NCBI RefSeq assembly: GCF_009914755.1
Contig: NC_060938.1
Direction: 5' to 3' (one strand)
DNA: 64,000 nt
Source: the human T2T-CHM13v2.0 reference genome, Homo sapiens
Shown: positions 1 through 14,494 of the stretch, piece after piece
Layout of the letters: each line of letters begins with the position of its first letter
How positions within the stretch are numbered: the stretch's first letter is position 1
Position numbers and translations under genes: made by a program
The notes under the pieces: model-generated
Database searches by the model: none
Told to the model about the DNA's origin: nothing
The model's input: the letters and a program-made list of their open reading frames with translations, nothing else

Positions 1-2742
1 TTTTCTATTTCTGTGAAGAATGTACTTAGGGATTGCATTGAATCTGTAGATTGTTTTGGGTAGTGTGAACATTTTAACAATATTGACTCTTCTAATCCAT
101 GAACATGGAATATCTTTCCTTTTTGTGTGTGTTTCCCCTTTAATTTCTTGATTCAATGTTTTACAGTATTTCTTGTGGAGATCTTCCACGTCTTTGGTTA
201 AGTTTATTCTGAGATATTTTATTTGTAGTTATTGTAAATGACAATACTGTCTTGATATCTTTTTCAGATTTCTTACTGATACCATATAGAAATGTTCCTG
301 ATTTTTGTATGTGGAGTTTGTATCCTACAACTTTATTGAATATATTTATCAATTCTAATAGATTTCTTATGGAGTCTTTATCATTTCCAAATATAAGGTC
401 ATATAATCTGCAAACAAGGATAATTGGACTCCTTCCTTTCCAGTTTGGATGCCTTTTATTTCTTTCTCTTCTCTGTAGCTAGGGCTTTCCAGTACTACAC
501 CGAATAACGCTGGTGAAAGTGGGCATCCTTGTTGTGTTCCAGACCTTAGAGAAAAGGTTTTCAGTTTTCCCCATTCAGTATGATACTAGCTGTGGGTCTG
601 TCATATATGACTTTTATTTTGTTGACTTATGTTCCTTCTTTACCCATTTTTTAAAAGATTTTTTCATGAAGGGATGTTGAATTTTATCAAATGCTTTTTC
701 AGCATCAATTAAAATCATTTTTTCTCATTTCACTTTTCAAATGAAATTTTTTTCTTTCATTCTATTGATATGATGTAATACACTGATTGATTTGTGTATA
801 TTGAACCATCCTTGCATTATGGGGTAATTTCCAGTTGGTCATAATGAATGGCCCTTTTATTGAGTTGTGGAATTTGGTTTGCTTGTATTTTGTTGAGGAT
901 TTTTGCATTATTGTTCATCAGGGATACTGGCCTGTAATTTTCTTCTCTCTTTTCCTTTCTTCCTTTTTCTTCTCTCTCTCTCTTCTTTTCTTTTCTCCTC
1001 CCCTTCCTTCCTTTCTTTCTTTTTCTTTCTTTCTTTCCTTTCATGTGTCTTTGTGTGCTTTTGGTGTCAAGTAATACTGGCCTTGTAGAATAAGTTTACA
1101 AGTTTACCACTTCCTTCATTTTTAAAAATTAAGCAGAACTGGTATTAGTTCTTGTTTAAATGTTTTGTAGAATTCACCAATGAAGCAACCCAGTCCCAGG
1201 CTCTTCTTTGTTGATAGACTTTTTATTGCAGCTTTCATCTCATTACTTGTTATTGGTCTGTTCAGGTTTGGAATTTCCTTCGTGTTTTAATCTTGATAGG
1301 TTGTATATGTCTAACAATTGATCCACTTATTCTAGGTTTTCTAATTTATTGGCATATGGTTGCTCATATCAGCCTCTAATAATACTTACTGAAGTATCAA
1401 TTATCTCCTTTATCATATCTCATTTTATTTATTTTGGTCTTCTCTCTTTTATTCTTAGTCTGGCTAAATGTCTGTCAATCTTATTTATCTTTTTAAAATA
1501 CCAATTTTTGTTTAATTGCTCTTTTGTATTTTTTCAATTCATTTATTTCTGTTCTGATCTTTATTATTTCTTTTTTCTACTAATTTTGGGTTTGGTTTGC
1601 CTTTGCTTTTGCAGTTGTTTATTACGCATCACTGGAAACTATACAGGCCAGTGTAATTCTTTGAGACTAGTCTGCTGCTAGACCTGTTGGAGCTCCTTTG
1701 TATGTTATTTGTTTATTTTCTCTTGCAGAAGGGATATCTCTCTACAGCTATCACAGCTGGGGATATGCTGGGTCACAACTTAAGCCAGCACTGCTCTGAG
1801 TCTCACCCAAGCCTTTCAGCAAGTACTTCCTGGGTACCACGGCTGATTATTCAAGACCCAAGGGCTTTTTAGTCAGCAGATGATGAATTCTGCCAGGACT
1901 GGGTTCTTCCCTTCAAGGCTGCAAGTCCCTTCTGGCCCATGGCGTGTTTAGAAAAGTCATCCAGAAGTTAGGGCCTAGAATGGTGGTCTCGCAGTTCTGC
2001 CCCATGTCCTAACCTACTGTAGCTGAGCTAGTATCCGAGTTACAAGACATCGCCCTCCTTATTCTTCCTTCATCCCTCCTCAAGCAGAGAAAAGGAGTCT
2101 CCCAGAGCTGTGGGCTGCACTGCCTGGGGTTGGGGGAGGTGCAACACAAAGACTCTTGGCCACCCTGGCTGGTATCTCATTAGATTGTGTGCACCCCAAG
2201 TCCACTGGCTCCAAGCTAAGCACAGCACCGGGATCTGCCCAGGAATTGCAGTCTTTGTGGCCTAGGCTGCCTTTCAAGTTTATTTAGAACCCCAGAGCAT
2301 TTTAGGTTATGGTGGAGGGACTTGCCAGAACTCAGATTCCAACTGCTGGGATGGACAATTTGCCTCTGGCCAGGTCTGGTCTAAATGCTTCCTCTGTGAG
2401 CCCTGGCTGAGTTCTGTCCCATGTTGCATTCTGCTGTGACAAGGCAGTACTGAGTTCCAATACAAAGTCCACAATCACTGTGCTCTTCCTCCCCCAAGCA
2501 CACACTCTTCCACTGTCCCACACAGCTGCTGCTGGGGGATGTCAGTGATTCAAGACTGTCTTTTCAATCCTCTTCAGTGCCTCATTCCTTAATATGTTAA
2601 AACCAGATACTGTGATTGTTCACCGGATTTTTGGCTCTTATAAAGGTGCTTTTACGTGTGGATAGTTGTTCAATTTGGTCTTCCTGTAGAGTGGGGAACT
2701 ATTTCTAGAGGCCTCTATTCAGCCATTTTGCTCTGCTTCCTC
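1..2742 (-). mobile_element. LINE-1 (L1M1/L1MA-type 5'UTR), internally deleted, runs off the left edge
   Basis: 5' end on minus strand GAGGAAGCAGAGCAAAATGGCTGAATAGAGGC at 2742 is homologous to the L1 start at 58242. ORF2 remnant [19 protein letters not shown] lies in ORF 817-1044. Only a ~65-bp ORF1 piece (1662-1727) remains between the UTR and ORF2. Confidence 0.9.
938..1042. repeat. CT-rich low-complexity tract inside L1 ORF2
   Basis: Near-pure pyrimidine run (TTTC/TTCC/TC units). Confidence 0.9.
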
Positions 2743-2799
2743 TAATTATAGTTTTTAATTAATATATTATGAATATATGTATATATGAACAAATATCCA

Positions 2800-3115
2800 G
2801 CTTATAAATCATTTTAAAATGTTGACCAATATTTTGTTGTATTCTGTACTTTAAATATTCCCCTATTATTGAAGATTTAAGTTGTTCTAATATTTCACTA
2901 TAATAAACAATGCTGTTACAAACATTCTTGCCAGAGCTAAATATGATTTACATCCTTAATTACTTATTTAGGATAAATTCCTAAATGTGAAATTGCTAAA
3001 TCAAAACATGTATGTTTTTAAGGATTTTAATATATAGTGCTAAATTGACTTCTCAAGCATTCTATTATTATATACTCCTTCCATAAAACTATGAGACCAC
3101 TAGTTTCCCTGCTAA
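2800..3115 (-). mobile_element. old L1 (L1ME-like) 3' fragment
   Basis: Motifs taataaacaatgctgttacaaacattcttg and taggataaattcctaaatgtgaaattgct resemble antisense old-L1 3' ends. Confidence 0.6.
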
Positions 3116-4147
3116 TGTGAAACAATATTATATCTTAAAAAGGAGCACTTTAGAAGTCTCCAAGCTGCAGCTGAATGTTAGGTAAAGTACACAGAGAATC
3201 ACAACATATTCAAATGTCTTTTGCATGAGTCTCAGATCAGCAGGCAGATTTACTATGAATGTCAAGAACTGCATATAGTATTTATCATCGTCCACTCACA
3301 CATATTTCTAAGAGATACTCAATTTGTTGAAAGCCCTTTTCTTCTGCTTAGTCTCAAAGAATTACAACCCAAGGTGCACTGAAAAAGAAATCAATACAGT
3401 ATAAAATTCCTATTCTCTCAATATGCGCAAACGTGAGAAAATCAACGTTGCCTTGAAGAGAGTCTTGTTACTTCAACAGGAGCTGTATCTACAAAGAAGA
3501 GAAAGAGATGAGCAAAGATATTGGCTCTAAAATGTGGTAGCATTCTTCCAATTCATCCACAAAGAAGAGAGCCATAGAATTGAAATTTTCATCAGTTTGA
3601 GGAACCTAGAAAAAGTGCCTTCTGAATATACATTCACTTTTTTCTGTACATAACAAAAACATTGATTTATTGGATCTGGTTATAGTGATTAAAAATCCAA
3701 AAATTTTTGCTTCCATTTGATTTATTTAAGTGATACCTATTCCATTTCAGATAACTGGAAACTATCCTTTGAAAGAAAGTGTAGGGCTCAGAAGCTTGTA
3801 GGAGTAATTTGTATTAATTACACTTTGAGATATCTAACTACTCACACATTTTAATGACATTCACATAAAGCTATAAAATGAAAACAATAAATATTTCTTC
3901 CGAGAGAGAGAGATAAAGATAATGTAAACAGGTATGAGAGAAACTGAGATTTTAAAAAATTGAAGTTCTTTATGACTTAGATTCTATATTTAATTCTATA
4001 CCTAGGTCCTTTCTACTGATTTGGTAACCTATCCTGCTTTCCCTCAGAAATGTCAGGTCATCCTGTCCTGATGCTGCTCTGTTTATTAGGCTCCAGTTTC
4101 CCCTATAAATTCACAAGGTGTAATAAATGAACCTCCCCCAGTATCTG

Positions 4148-4151
<4 letters not shown>

Positions 4152-4197
<46 letters not shown>
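4152..4197. repeat. (TG)23 microsatellite
   Basis: Perfect dinucleotide run. Confidence 0.98.
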
Positions 4198-4202
<5 letters not shown>

Positions 4203-4788
4203 CCTAGAGAGAGGAACTCTAAAAACCCCAGGCAAGAATTCAAAATCACTTTGTTCAAATAAACTGACCATGGAAGAAGGTTTGCCTTTCTGGACTATTA
4301 TTGAAATCCTTCAAGGATATAGACAAGTCTGCAGAGCAAGGGGAATAGGACTGAGCCTTAAGGAAGAAGAGGTGAAATAGTTCAAGTTCAGCAGATGTTA
4401 TTAAGGCTTGAAAGTTACAGAGCAGCTAAAAGGATTTATAGAAGTTCAAAACAGGCTGGGATGTAAGAAAGAGAAATATCAATACAACATCTTAAAATGA
4501 AATAATCTAGACAGATAATAGAAGTCGCTGCCCTAAAATACAAGTTACCAAATTTGACCTAAATCATAAACACTTATCAATCAAGTTTTCCTCAAGAATG
4601 AATGTGATGCCAACGTCTTGCATTATGATGATATTGACAACTGAGATTTATTGGGAAATTGTTGGAAAAATCAGAATTTACAGAAAAGTTACAAACATAG
4701 TACAGAGAATTATCTTATGCCGTTTATCCTATTGTTAACATCTTTACAGTCCCATAGTACCTTTGTCAATTACAAGAAACCAACCTTA

Positions 4789-5097
<309 letters not shown>

Positions 5098-5361
5098 AAG
5101 AAACTAGCCTTTGTATATTGTAACTTTACTCAGGTTTCACCAATTTTTTCCCAACCTACTTTTACTATTTCAGGAGTCCATTGAGGTTTCCACTTCGTAT
5201 TTAATCATTATGTCTCCTCAGGCTCCTCTTGGCTGTGACAGTTTATTAGAATTTCCTTGTCCTTTCTAATTATGACAGTTTTGAGAAGCACTGATGAGGT
5301 TTTTAATTTTTGTTTTTTGTTTTCCTGAATATATCTCAATTTTGATTTTTCTGATATTTCT

Positions 5362-5677
5362 CTTTTTTCTTTTCGTTACTTTTCTTTTTGAGACAGGGTT
5401 TTGCTCTGTCACCCAGGCTGGAGTGGTGCCATAGCACAATCTTGCCCCACTGCAACCTCTGTCCCTCCCAGCTGAAGAGATCCTCCGACCTCAGCCTCCC
5501 AAGTAGCTGGGACCACAGGCATGCACCACTATGCCCAGCTAATTTTTTTGTATTTTTAGCAAAGACAGGGTCTCCCCATGCTGCCCAGGCTGGTCTTCAA
5601 CTCCTGACCTCAAGCAACCTGTCTGCCTCGGGCTCCCAAAGTTCTGGGATTACAGTTATGAGCCACTGAGCCCAGCC
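5362..5677 (-). mobile_element. Alu (AluJ-like)
   Basis: Antisense dimer ttttgagacagggt...gagccactgagcccagcc, diverged. Confidence 0.92.
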
Positions 5678-6079
5678 TGACTGATGTTTTTCAAATGGTT
5701 AGACCAGGGTAATGGGTTTTACTGAACAAACCCCAGAGAGGTAAAGTGCCATTCCCGGAACACCCACTTATTTTTTTAAAGATAGAATTAGATTTTCCCA
5801 AAGCTTTTGAAACATTTTTTCTGTGATTTCACTTCCTAATTAAAATTCAAAGTCTATTATAACACATTGATATCAACAAGGCTGCCATGACCTTTTTCAT
5901 CAAGAACTTTTTGAATCTGGAGTTGTGACTCTTTACCTCAGCAGTGATATTATTTCTCTCCGATGGAGAAACTTAACTGCTGCAGTGCTGTGTGTAAGTC
6001 CTAATTCAACTATGAGAAGATGACTGAAGGAAATACAAATTCAAAATGACTGAATGATACAGACGCCACCCTGGGTGAC

Positions 6080-6520
6080 CATCTGACATTCACTCTCAAT
6101 TTTTGTTCACTGTGCCTACCTCCCACTTTCAGGGTGTAAAGGTCAGCTCCTCACTTTCCCAGCCACTTTTGCATTTGATTCACTGCTGGCCTACAAGGCG
6201 AAAGCTATCTCTTGGGGTATTCTAGGAAATAAACAGTTTCTCCTAGATAAGAGGCAAGAGGCATGGCAGAAAAGCCCTACTCTCACCCATTCTGATGTGG
6301 ATGTGTGAAGATGAGTGAATTGAAACTGTTTCAGCTATGAGGCAACAGCCTAATATGAAAACCCAAATGCTGAGAATGAGAAAACAGAAGATGGAAAGAG
6401 AAAGAGCCCAGATTCTAGAAGATCTCATGGAGCCAGAAAATTAATCTTAGGACCACTACATGAACTCTTGATATCCCTGCTAGTCATCAGATTTGCAGCC
6501 CAAAGCATCCTTACATGGAT
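6080..6520 (+). mobile_element. old ERVL/MaLR-class solo LTR (MLT1/LTR16/LTR33-like)
   Basis: Ends in ttgcagcccaaagcatcctt and contains atgctgagaatg...gaagatggaaaga, motifs typical of this LTR class. Confidence 0.5.
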
Positions 6521-6574
6521 CAATATTTGGCATTTCTCATGTTAACTTAGAGAAGATAAATTGGTAAAACACAG

Positions 6575-6790
6575 ACATGTTTTGTTTTGCCTACACAATT
6601 TTAAAAAGAAAGCTGGTCTTCTCTTTAAAATCAGTCAGTTTTACAGAAAAATAAATTCTCCCTCCCTTTGAAAGATCAGCAAATCTGGCAACACGTGGAT
6701 CACAGGTATAACTGCCAACAATTACCTGGAACTAGGTAGCAACTGCCACTTTCAGATGTGACCTGTGCTCTGCTCTTCAGCTCTTGTAGG
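6575..6790. mobile_element. hAT-Charlie MITE fragment (MER102-like)
   Basis: aaatctggcaacac...ctggaactaggtagcaactgcc motif. Confidence 0.45.
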
Positions 6791-7623
6791 CATCTGTGAA
6801 AAACCCTTAATATCAGGCTTTAAGACAAATTTCTATGGATGCCCCTTTTGACTTTCTTTTCAATTTTGCATAAGAAGAATGATCTTTAATTTTGGAAGAA
6901 TACACCCAATGAAAATAATAGAAACATCACTCTGACAAATTTTCAACCCCTTTGTGATACTATATCTCCTTCTTTTCTCTTCCTCTTTTCCCTGCCTTCT
7001 GGCCTCCCACAGAGCTACTGAGGAAAAACGAGTTAAGATTAGCTTTCCAACTAACATTTCTAAGGTGTTTTACTTAAGCAAGAAGCTCCTGTAGTCAGTC
7101 AGGAAAAAATTTAAACTCTTCATAAATCTATTTACCCGCTCTAGAAATGCACCCAACTCATTATTTTAAATGGATCCTAACAAGAATTTACAGTTTAAGT
7201 TTCCTAACTAAAGAAGTGCAATGCATACTTATAAAACATGTTCCAGTGGTGGATGCACAAACGTGACCCTTGGATTATAGCTTTTTTTAATGGGGCATTT
7301 TCCATATCACCAAAAAGAATGAGAGTGGGGAGACTGTCCAGCAAAATGTGCTGAGCCATCAATGAAATTTCTATGATTGGGAAGATAAATATGATGTCAT
7401 TATTGATAAAGCTATTTGATAGGAGGAAGGCTAGGTTTGTTATTGCTTCCACAAAGAGTAAGCACGACACTTTTTTTAAGTGAAATTCTTGAGACTTGCC
7501 TCAATATAGAAGCATCATCTTCAACATCATTTCCTGACCTCAGCAGAGGCCTCCTTGCAGCAAACCCTCCAGTGCATCAGCTACAGAGGTCAGAAACACA
7601 CAACACAGGAAATGTGAAAAAAT

Positions 7624-7948
7624 GGGACGGCGCAGTGGCTCATACCTGTAATCCCAGCACTTTGGGAGGCCAAGGCCGGTGAACCACCTGAGGTGAGAAG
7701 TTTGAGATCAGCCTGGCCAACATGGTGAAACCCCATCTCTACCAAAAATACAAAAAAAAAAAAAAAAGAAGAAGAAAAAAAGAAAATCAGCCGGGCGCCA
7801 TGGCATGCACCTGTAATGTCAGCTACTCAGGAGGCTGAGGTGGGAGAACTGCTTGAACCCGGGAGGTTGAGGCTACAGTGAGCTAAGATTGTGCCACTGC
7901 ACTCCAGCCTGTGCGAGAGAGCAAGGCTCTGTCTCGAAACAAACAAAC

Positions 7949-7950
<2 letters not shown>
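7624..7950 (+). mobile_element. Alu (AluJ/S) with expanded central A-rich linker
   Basis: Both arms present. Linker expanded to about 40 nt of A/GAA (7744-7786). Tail is (AAAC)n. Confidence 0.92.
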
Positions 7951-7951
<1 letters not shown>

Positions 7952-7991
<40 letters not shown>

Positions 7992-7996
7992 ACACA
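7952..7996. repeat. (AC)n microsatellite grown from Alu tail
   Basis: About 22 AC units with one AT interruption, directly after the Alu tail. Confidence 0.95.
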
Positions 7997-9645
7997 AAAC
8001 AAGTGGGGCAGGCCAGAAGTTAGTGCCTAAGCAAACACCCTGTGGTTGGTGGAACTTGAGGAAAGGGAACACAGCCTGTTCAAAGGGGATTTTGCCAGTG
8101 AGCTGTAGCTGCATGTTACAGGCAGGTTTGTGAGACAGGTTGTAGTTTCACACACCTATAACACGTCTCTAGTCTTATTTAATTTTCCGATGAGAATATT
8201 TTTTGACATTTGTAATAATCTAACCTGATGTTTAGTACACTATAAGAAATAGGGATGGCTATGAGCAGGACTTTTACACAAAGTGGTCTCTGTTATTCCA
8301 ATAATGATTCCCATGAAACAAGTTGGTTAGTTTTGGTTTGCTTTTTACTTTGTCTCAAAGATCAGCATTTATTATTTTCAAAAGCTATTTCTTACTTAAT
8401 TTCTAATCTCTCTCAAACTACCACTTTTTAAAAGAAAGTTTTCCCACTTTAATTACAAATACTCTTTAGGAGGGTCCCATACATTCATTACAGTTTTCTC
8501 TAAAATCATAATATAAAGCAAGTTGTCCTGAATGGGATCATATGTTTCCATAAAAATCATGTTATAATGGGGAGGAGGATAAACCATCTAATAAATCAGT
8601 CATAACAAAAAAAATCATAATAATAAATATAACAAAAACCTGCTATACATTCATTTCCATGGTAAAATTATGCTTCTAATCATATAAAATGAGCATAAAT
8701 GTATTACAATAATCTATATCTATATATAGATATATGTATTGATTATACAAAAGGCCTCAATATATCTATAAGTCTGTCTCTCTCTATATATATTTGGCTG
8801 AACACATAAAACTATATCGTAAAATTGACCTAAAACTCATGTAAGACCTGCAATAAATATTAATTGATAATTCAATAATTCTGTTTGATTTCATAGCATT
8901 TAGAAGTGCTTTGGGACAGATACAATTTGGATACTTATAAATTGTCTCAAGAAATATGTCACAAAGGTTTGATTGGTATAGTGCTTTCCCTTTGAAAGTT
9001 TTTCTTTTAATAAGCAGAAACATTCTCTCTGTGACGTTGCTTCCCTCAAGGACTGCAAAGGTCTCCAGTTCTTATTTATTGTCCTTGTTATATTTGTTCT
9101 TGTGTTTGCTGCTGCTGATGATGACGATAAAAAAAAATTGTTTTTTTCTGTCTCTTTGGTTCAAGTTTTCAGATTTCCAGAGAAAAAATTTTTAATAAAA
9201 TCCTATAGGTAATCCCATTATTTAAAAATACACACCAAATGTATTTATTAGAAATGTATTTTTATAAGCTCAAGTTAAAAAATGTTACTTATTACAAATT
9301 CAATCAGTGAGAATACTAGGTATATGAAGCTGAACACAAAAATGTGAAAACAGAAACAGTGAATAACACTTGCAGTGTTACAGCAACTTTGGCATCCAAT
9401 TTGTTTCCAGGCTATTTATCTGGCAGCACATTATTAGAAAAATACAAATATACAGAGATGAAAATGCCAATAGTTCAATAAAATAATAGCTTATAATCTC
9501 AGGATTTTAAATTAAACTTATTCACAATCTTAAAGGAAGATGAGTATCTTTTTGTTAAAAAATGAATAACAAATTTAAACTATAAAAACCACTTACATTC
9601 CACTAGTCTATACATTATATAGAATACTACACACACATATACCCC

Positions 9646-10075
9646 TATAAACAGTTACCTCAAAATTAAAAAGGAGTCTGGGCCTGAGAAATTCCTGAAC
9701 AAACAAAACCAACTAGGCCTGAAAAAACAGCCTTAACCCTGCTTAAACTGCAAACATAAGCGAAACAACTCAGGTCACTTCTGGTACATGCCCATGTTAG
9801 ACAAAAAGAAAATATAACCTCAGCCCATCATAAGAGGCCAGTTAACTTATAGTTCTGTAACTAGAAATTTTCTGACAAAGTAAACCAAAAAGGACAATTG
9901 TATAATTGCGACCAATCATATAGTTTATTCATCTTGCTTCTATATCCACCCCATATATACTTGCCTCTGACACTGTCGTTGGAACACTAAATTTAGTTTG
10001 CTGTTTCTCAGTTCATGAATGGCTGCTTACTCAAATAAACTCTTTAAAATTTGTTCCTCAGATGTTTCTTTTACA
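9646..10075 (+). mobile_element. ERV1-class solo LTR (MER4-group-like)
   Basis: CCAAT box (gaccaatca), TATA-like element, AATAAA, and 3' end ctcaaataaactctttaaaattt...ttttaca. Confidence 0.65.
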
Positions 10076-10789
10076 GTATATTAAGATGTTATTACTACAC
10101 CATACACGTGCTTGCATCCTATGAAGATCCTCCAGGTAGAGGCTTAAAAATATTTAAGGCTTTGTTGAACACTCTCAAGCATTTCATAAATTATTGATAA
10201 CCCACTATACCAACCACCAAGTCATTATTTGTAAAGACAAATAAAATAATATGTGTGGCAAAATTGCACAATATAGACATGACTGCTTATATTTTGTTGT
10301 CTTTATTTTATGCTTGTGCAAATCCCACAATGTTGGTACTCTTGAAGAAATGGATATAAGTGGTAAAATTGGCCATTAACTGTATCAAATGATTCAAGTT
10401 ACAATGCGTAAAGGAGCAAATGAAAGGAATTCCTAGCGTTTCACTTACATTATGGGTTAAATAGAATTTTGTGATCTAATCTGAGACATGAGACACAAAC
10501 ACAAAATATACATTCAAAAATGTTGCTGATGGTTCTGTTGATTAATAATATTGTTTATTTGTGAAAATGTGATTTAAGAGCCAAATAATGCTTCTGCACA
10601 TGAACTTTTGTGTAAAGCCTAATTATAATTTTAGAACCTCTCTTATTATCCTAGTTGTTATATCTACTTTAAAACATTGCTTCCTAAAACTAAAGTATTT
10701 GACATTAAAACTTTTTTTAAAATTTTATCATTAATTTTTGGTATGTTAATGGTAGAAAAAGATAATGAATGGTAATAAATGTTCATAAA

Positions 10790-10995
10790 TTTAAAATATT
10801 TGTTAAATGCCAGGAACCGTATCAAATAAATAAATGTTGTCTCACCTTACTATAATTGTCATTTAAAAAATAAGAAGACAGGGCTCCAAGGAAGTGTAGC
10901 TATTTGTCCAAAGTCACAATACCATTCAGTGGCTAAGCTGTGACTTGGACCCGAGTCTGATTACTCTAAGGTCTACCTTCTTTACATTACAGTCT
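10790..10995 (-). mobile_element. MIR
   Basis: Antisense MIR core tttgtccaaagtcaca...agtggc...gagtctgattactctaag. Confidence 0.65.
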
Positions 10996-11220
10996 ATCTT
11001 CTCCATGGGTAAAAAACAGATCATAAAATGAGAACACTGTGGTACTTGGACTTCATGATTCCTTCTAGATGGACTCCCTGGTGAGTCTTGAAAATGATTT
11101 GGAACTGATAGACACTGCAGTAAGTTAGACCTCTGCACCAAGGGATTTTCCATGTTCTTTCATCCTCCAGTCTAGAAATGATCCTCTCTTATATGTTACT
11201 CAAATTCCCTAAATTTACAT

Positions 11221-11391
11221 TACTTTAATTAATCAATTTTTTCTGAGACGAGGTCTTGTTCTGTTGCCCAGCCTGGAGTGCAGTGGCACTAATGTAGCTC
11301 ACTGCAGACTCAAACTCCTGGGCTCAAGCAGTCCTCCCACTTTGGCATCTCACAGTGCTGGGATTACAGACGTGAACCACGGTGCCTGGCC
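11221..11391 (-). mobile_element. free Alu monomer (FRAM-like)
   Basis: Single ~155-bp arm. Possible TSD ctaaatttac / ctgaatttac. Confidence 0.85.
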
Positions 11392-11419
11392 CTGAATTTA
11401 CTTTTAATATGATACACTA

Positions 11420-11590
11420 TAATTGTCTATCTATACACTTTTCTCTTTTGCCATAAGACTGTGAATAATTTGAGGGCAAAAATGTTTGGTCTTTTATCTT
11501 TATATCACCAATGCTTAGTTAAGTGTTTGTCTTACTACATAGCAGAAAGCCTGCTTGATGGTCAATAAATGTTTGAAATGAATGAATGAA
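11420..11590 (+). mobile_element. L2 3' end
   Basis: Ends tcaataaatgtttgaaatgaatgaatgaa. Confidence 0.75.
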
Positions 11591-12522
11591 CAAAAACTCT
11601 GGAACTGTTACCTTAATTCTAGACCAGTCTCTGACTAAATAAACAAGATAAAGTGTCAAAAATCAATTTTACTTACTATTTAGTTTATTAAGAGACATCA
11701 AATTTTTCTTGCTACTTCTACTTTCTCCTTGTAGATTACTGATTCCCTTTGCTCAAGGATTTCATGAAGGTTAGTGCAATAATATTAAAAAATGTTCAGA
11801 GTTCCTTGAAAAAAGCCTTAAAACGAAAGTAAGTTATAATGGTTCTTATTTTATGCAAAGAGGTATAGAGGGTACATTTCTTATGTTTTATGCTTTTTAA
11901 AAAATATGGATAGCTTATTTCTTCTGGATTAAAAACAGGCAACAGTATCTAAAACAATTCAATTATTCAAGAAAGGAAACATATTTTCCTTTCTTCTCTT
12001 AAAATTTAAAATCATCACCATGTAATGCAATTAAGCAGATGGAAATGTTTCTAGTATTGTAAGAAGACATTCTTTCTTTTCATTTCTGTTACAAAATTGG
12101 AAACTTTTTTGCCAATATGTTGGTAATTAGTTTCTCAGTATATGTGCCAGCAAAATAAAAAAACAAAAATGGAAACACTTTTTGAACAATGAGACTATAA
12201 AAACACATTGCTATTTTAGATCACTAGTTTTCTGGGTCCTTCTTCTTCATATCGTTCATCCTTTTCCCACCTACTGAAATTTTACTCATAGCTTTTCTTA
12301 TATTTTGCTAACCTCAAGTTAAACAATTCCTCAATTGAAAGTAACACCCTTCATTCTAGACTTAGTCCTCAAAGGTGCTATTTAACTGCAAAAAGATAGA
12401 TGCTCAACCTAAACTTTTCACTGGTAGCCCCTGATAATGTGTGAACATTAGGATAAATGGAACCCAGCACCTGCAGCTGTTTACTTCTAGATCTGTGAAA
12501 AGAAATTTTAAAGAACAAAATT

Positions 12523-12812
<290 letters not shown>

Positions 12813-13049
12813 ATAAATAGTAAGAAAGTGATATTTAATTAAAATCAAATTCCTTAGACATTCACTTACGATTTTCATTACTTGTAGAATCTAGTATTAA
12901 TCATATTAATGGTTCTACCACCCTGATAATCCAATTCCAGGACAGATAAGTCAGAATTTTCTAGGAAAATGATAAACCAACAGGTATCCTCCAAGTCTGT
13001 AGTGGAAGGTCTCATTTTCTGTAGAGCAAAATGGTCTGAGTGGGAAAAA

Positions 13050-13230
13050 AAATACTGATCTCAAAAGAAATCAGCACACTTGGACTTAAGCCTTGGGTCT
13101 TTTCTTAACTAGTTACATGCCCTTGAACAAGTCACTTGAGCACTCTTGACCTTGGCTTCCTGATCTGTGAAATTATAACATCAGGCCTGATAAGTTCTCA
13201 GATCTTATCCCAACGTAAAATTCAATTAAA
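13050..13230 (+). mobile_element. MIR (MIR3-like)
   Basis: ccttgaacaagtcactt...cttcctgatctgtgaaat core. Confidence 0.65.
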
Positions 13231-13381
13231 TTTTTTAAAATCAATATTCCTTGATGATTCATGAAAAGATAGGTAGATGTACAGTGAACGGATTATCCTT
13301 ATGAATATCAGTTCTCATTCCACACAGGCAAGAACTTGAACAAGGAGGTCTGTTTAATAGGACTCCATTTTTAAAGTTTTA

Positions 13382-13693
<312 letters not shown>

Positions 13694-14494
13694 CTATTAA
13701 AATAAATTCATTTTATTATTTATTTTAAATATAAAACCATTCATCCACTTAAGAAACAACATGCTGGTGAATGGGTTTATAATAATCAAGACTTCTTTAC
13801 CCAATGTTACAATATAGATCAAGTCTGTGATTTTGCTGTAACCTCTCGATATTGGCTGCTTGTAGAGAGGGAGACAAAAGAATAGGTCTGGAAAACAAAA
13901 ATAAAGTGGATTTTAACTTCTTGCATATATACATACATGTGACAAATATGGCAAATATCAAACATTAATTTTTGTTAATTTGTTGATTCTGTGTGTTGAG
14001 TACACAAGCAAATTTATCTTTTCTATAATGGAGATAAATTGTTGATGCAAGTCATGCAGTAAATTTGCAAAATTAACTGCAAATATCATTTTAAAAATTC
14101 AAAACTTGAATAATGACAGCAAGGAGGGCCTGGGGATTCATTAGGTACAGAACTAACTCCAAAGTTTGTAACTATTTATGGCCTTCTTACATAAAAACGT
14201 AAGAAATTCTAGTCTAGTCAGAGCAACCTCTGTTTATTTTAGTACAGGGATGTATCAAACTAAATGAAGATGCAAGTTCTTGAGGCACATTAAATTCAGC
14301 AAGTTAATGTGCTTTGGTCTATGAAGGAAATTGCCATTATCATTATCAACTATCCAGATCCTCCTGTATGTGGCTTTTACCTGTTGTCCACTGATTCTGG
14401 GATCCTGGGACAATGGGAAGCTATTAGCCTTTCAGTTTGTGGAGCCATTAATTAAATATAGACACTGTAGTGCCAGAATCTGTGGCAACAGACA

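Noticed and set aside
8715-8734. 20-bp perfect palindrome tatatctatatatagatata
   Set aside because: Low-complexity TA sequence, expected by chance.
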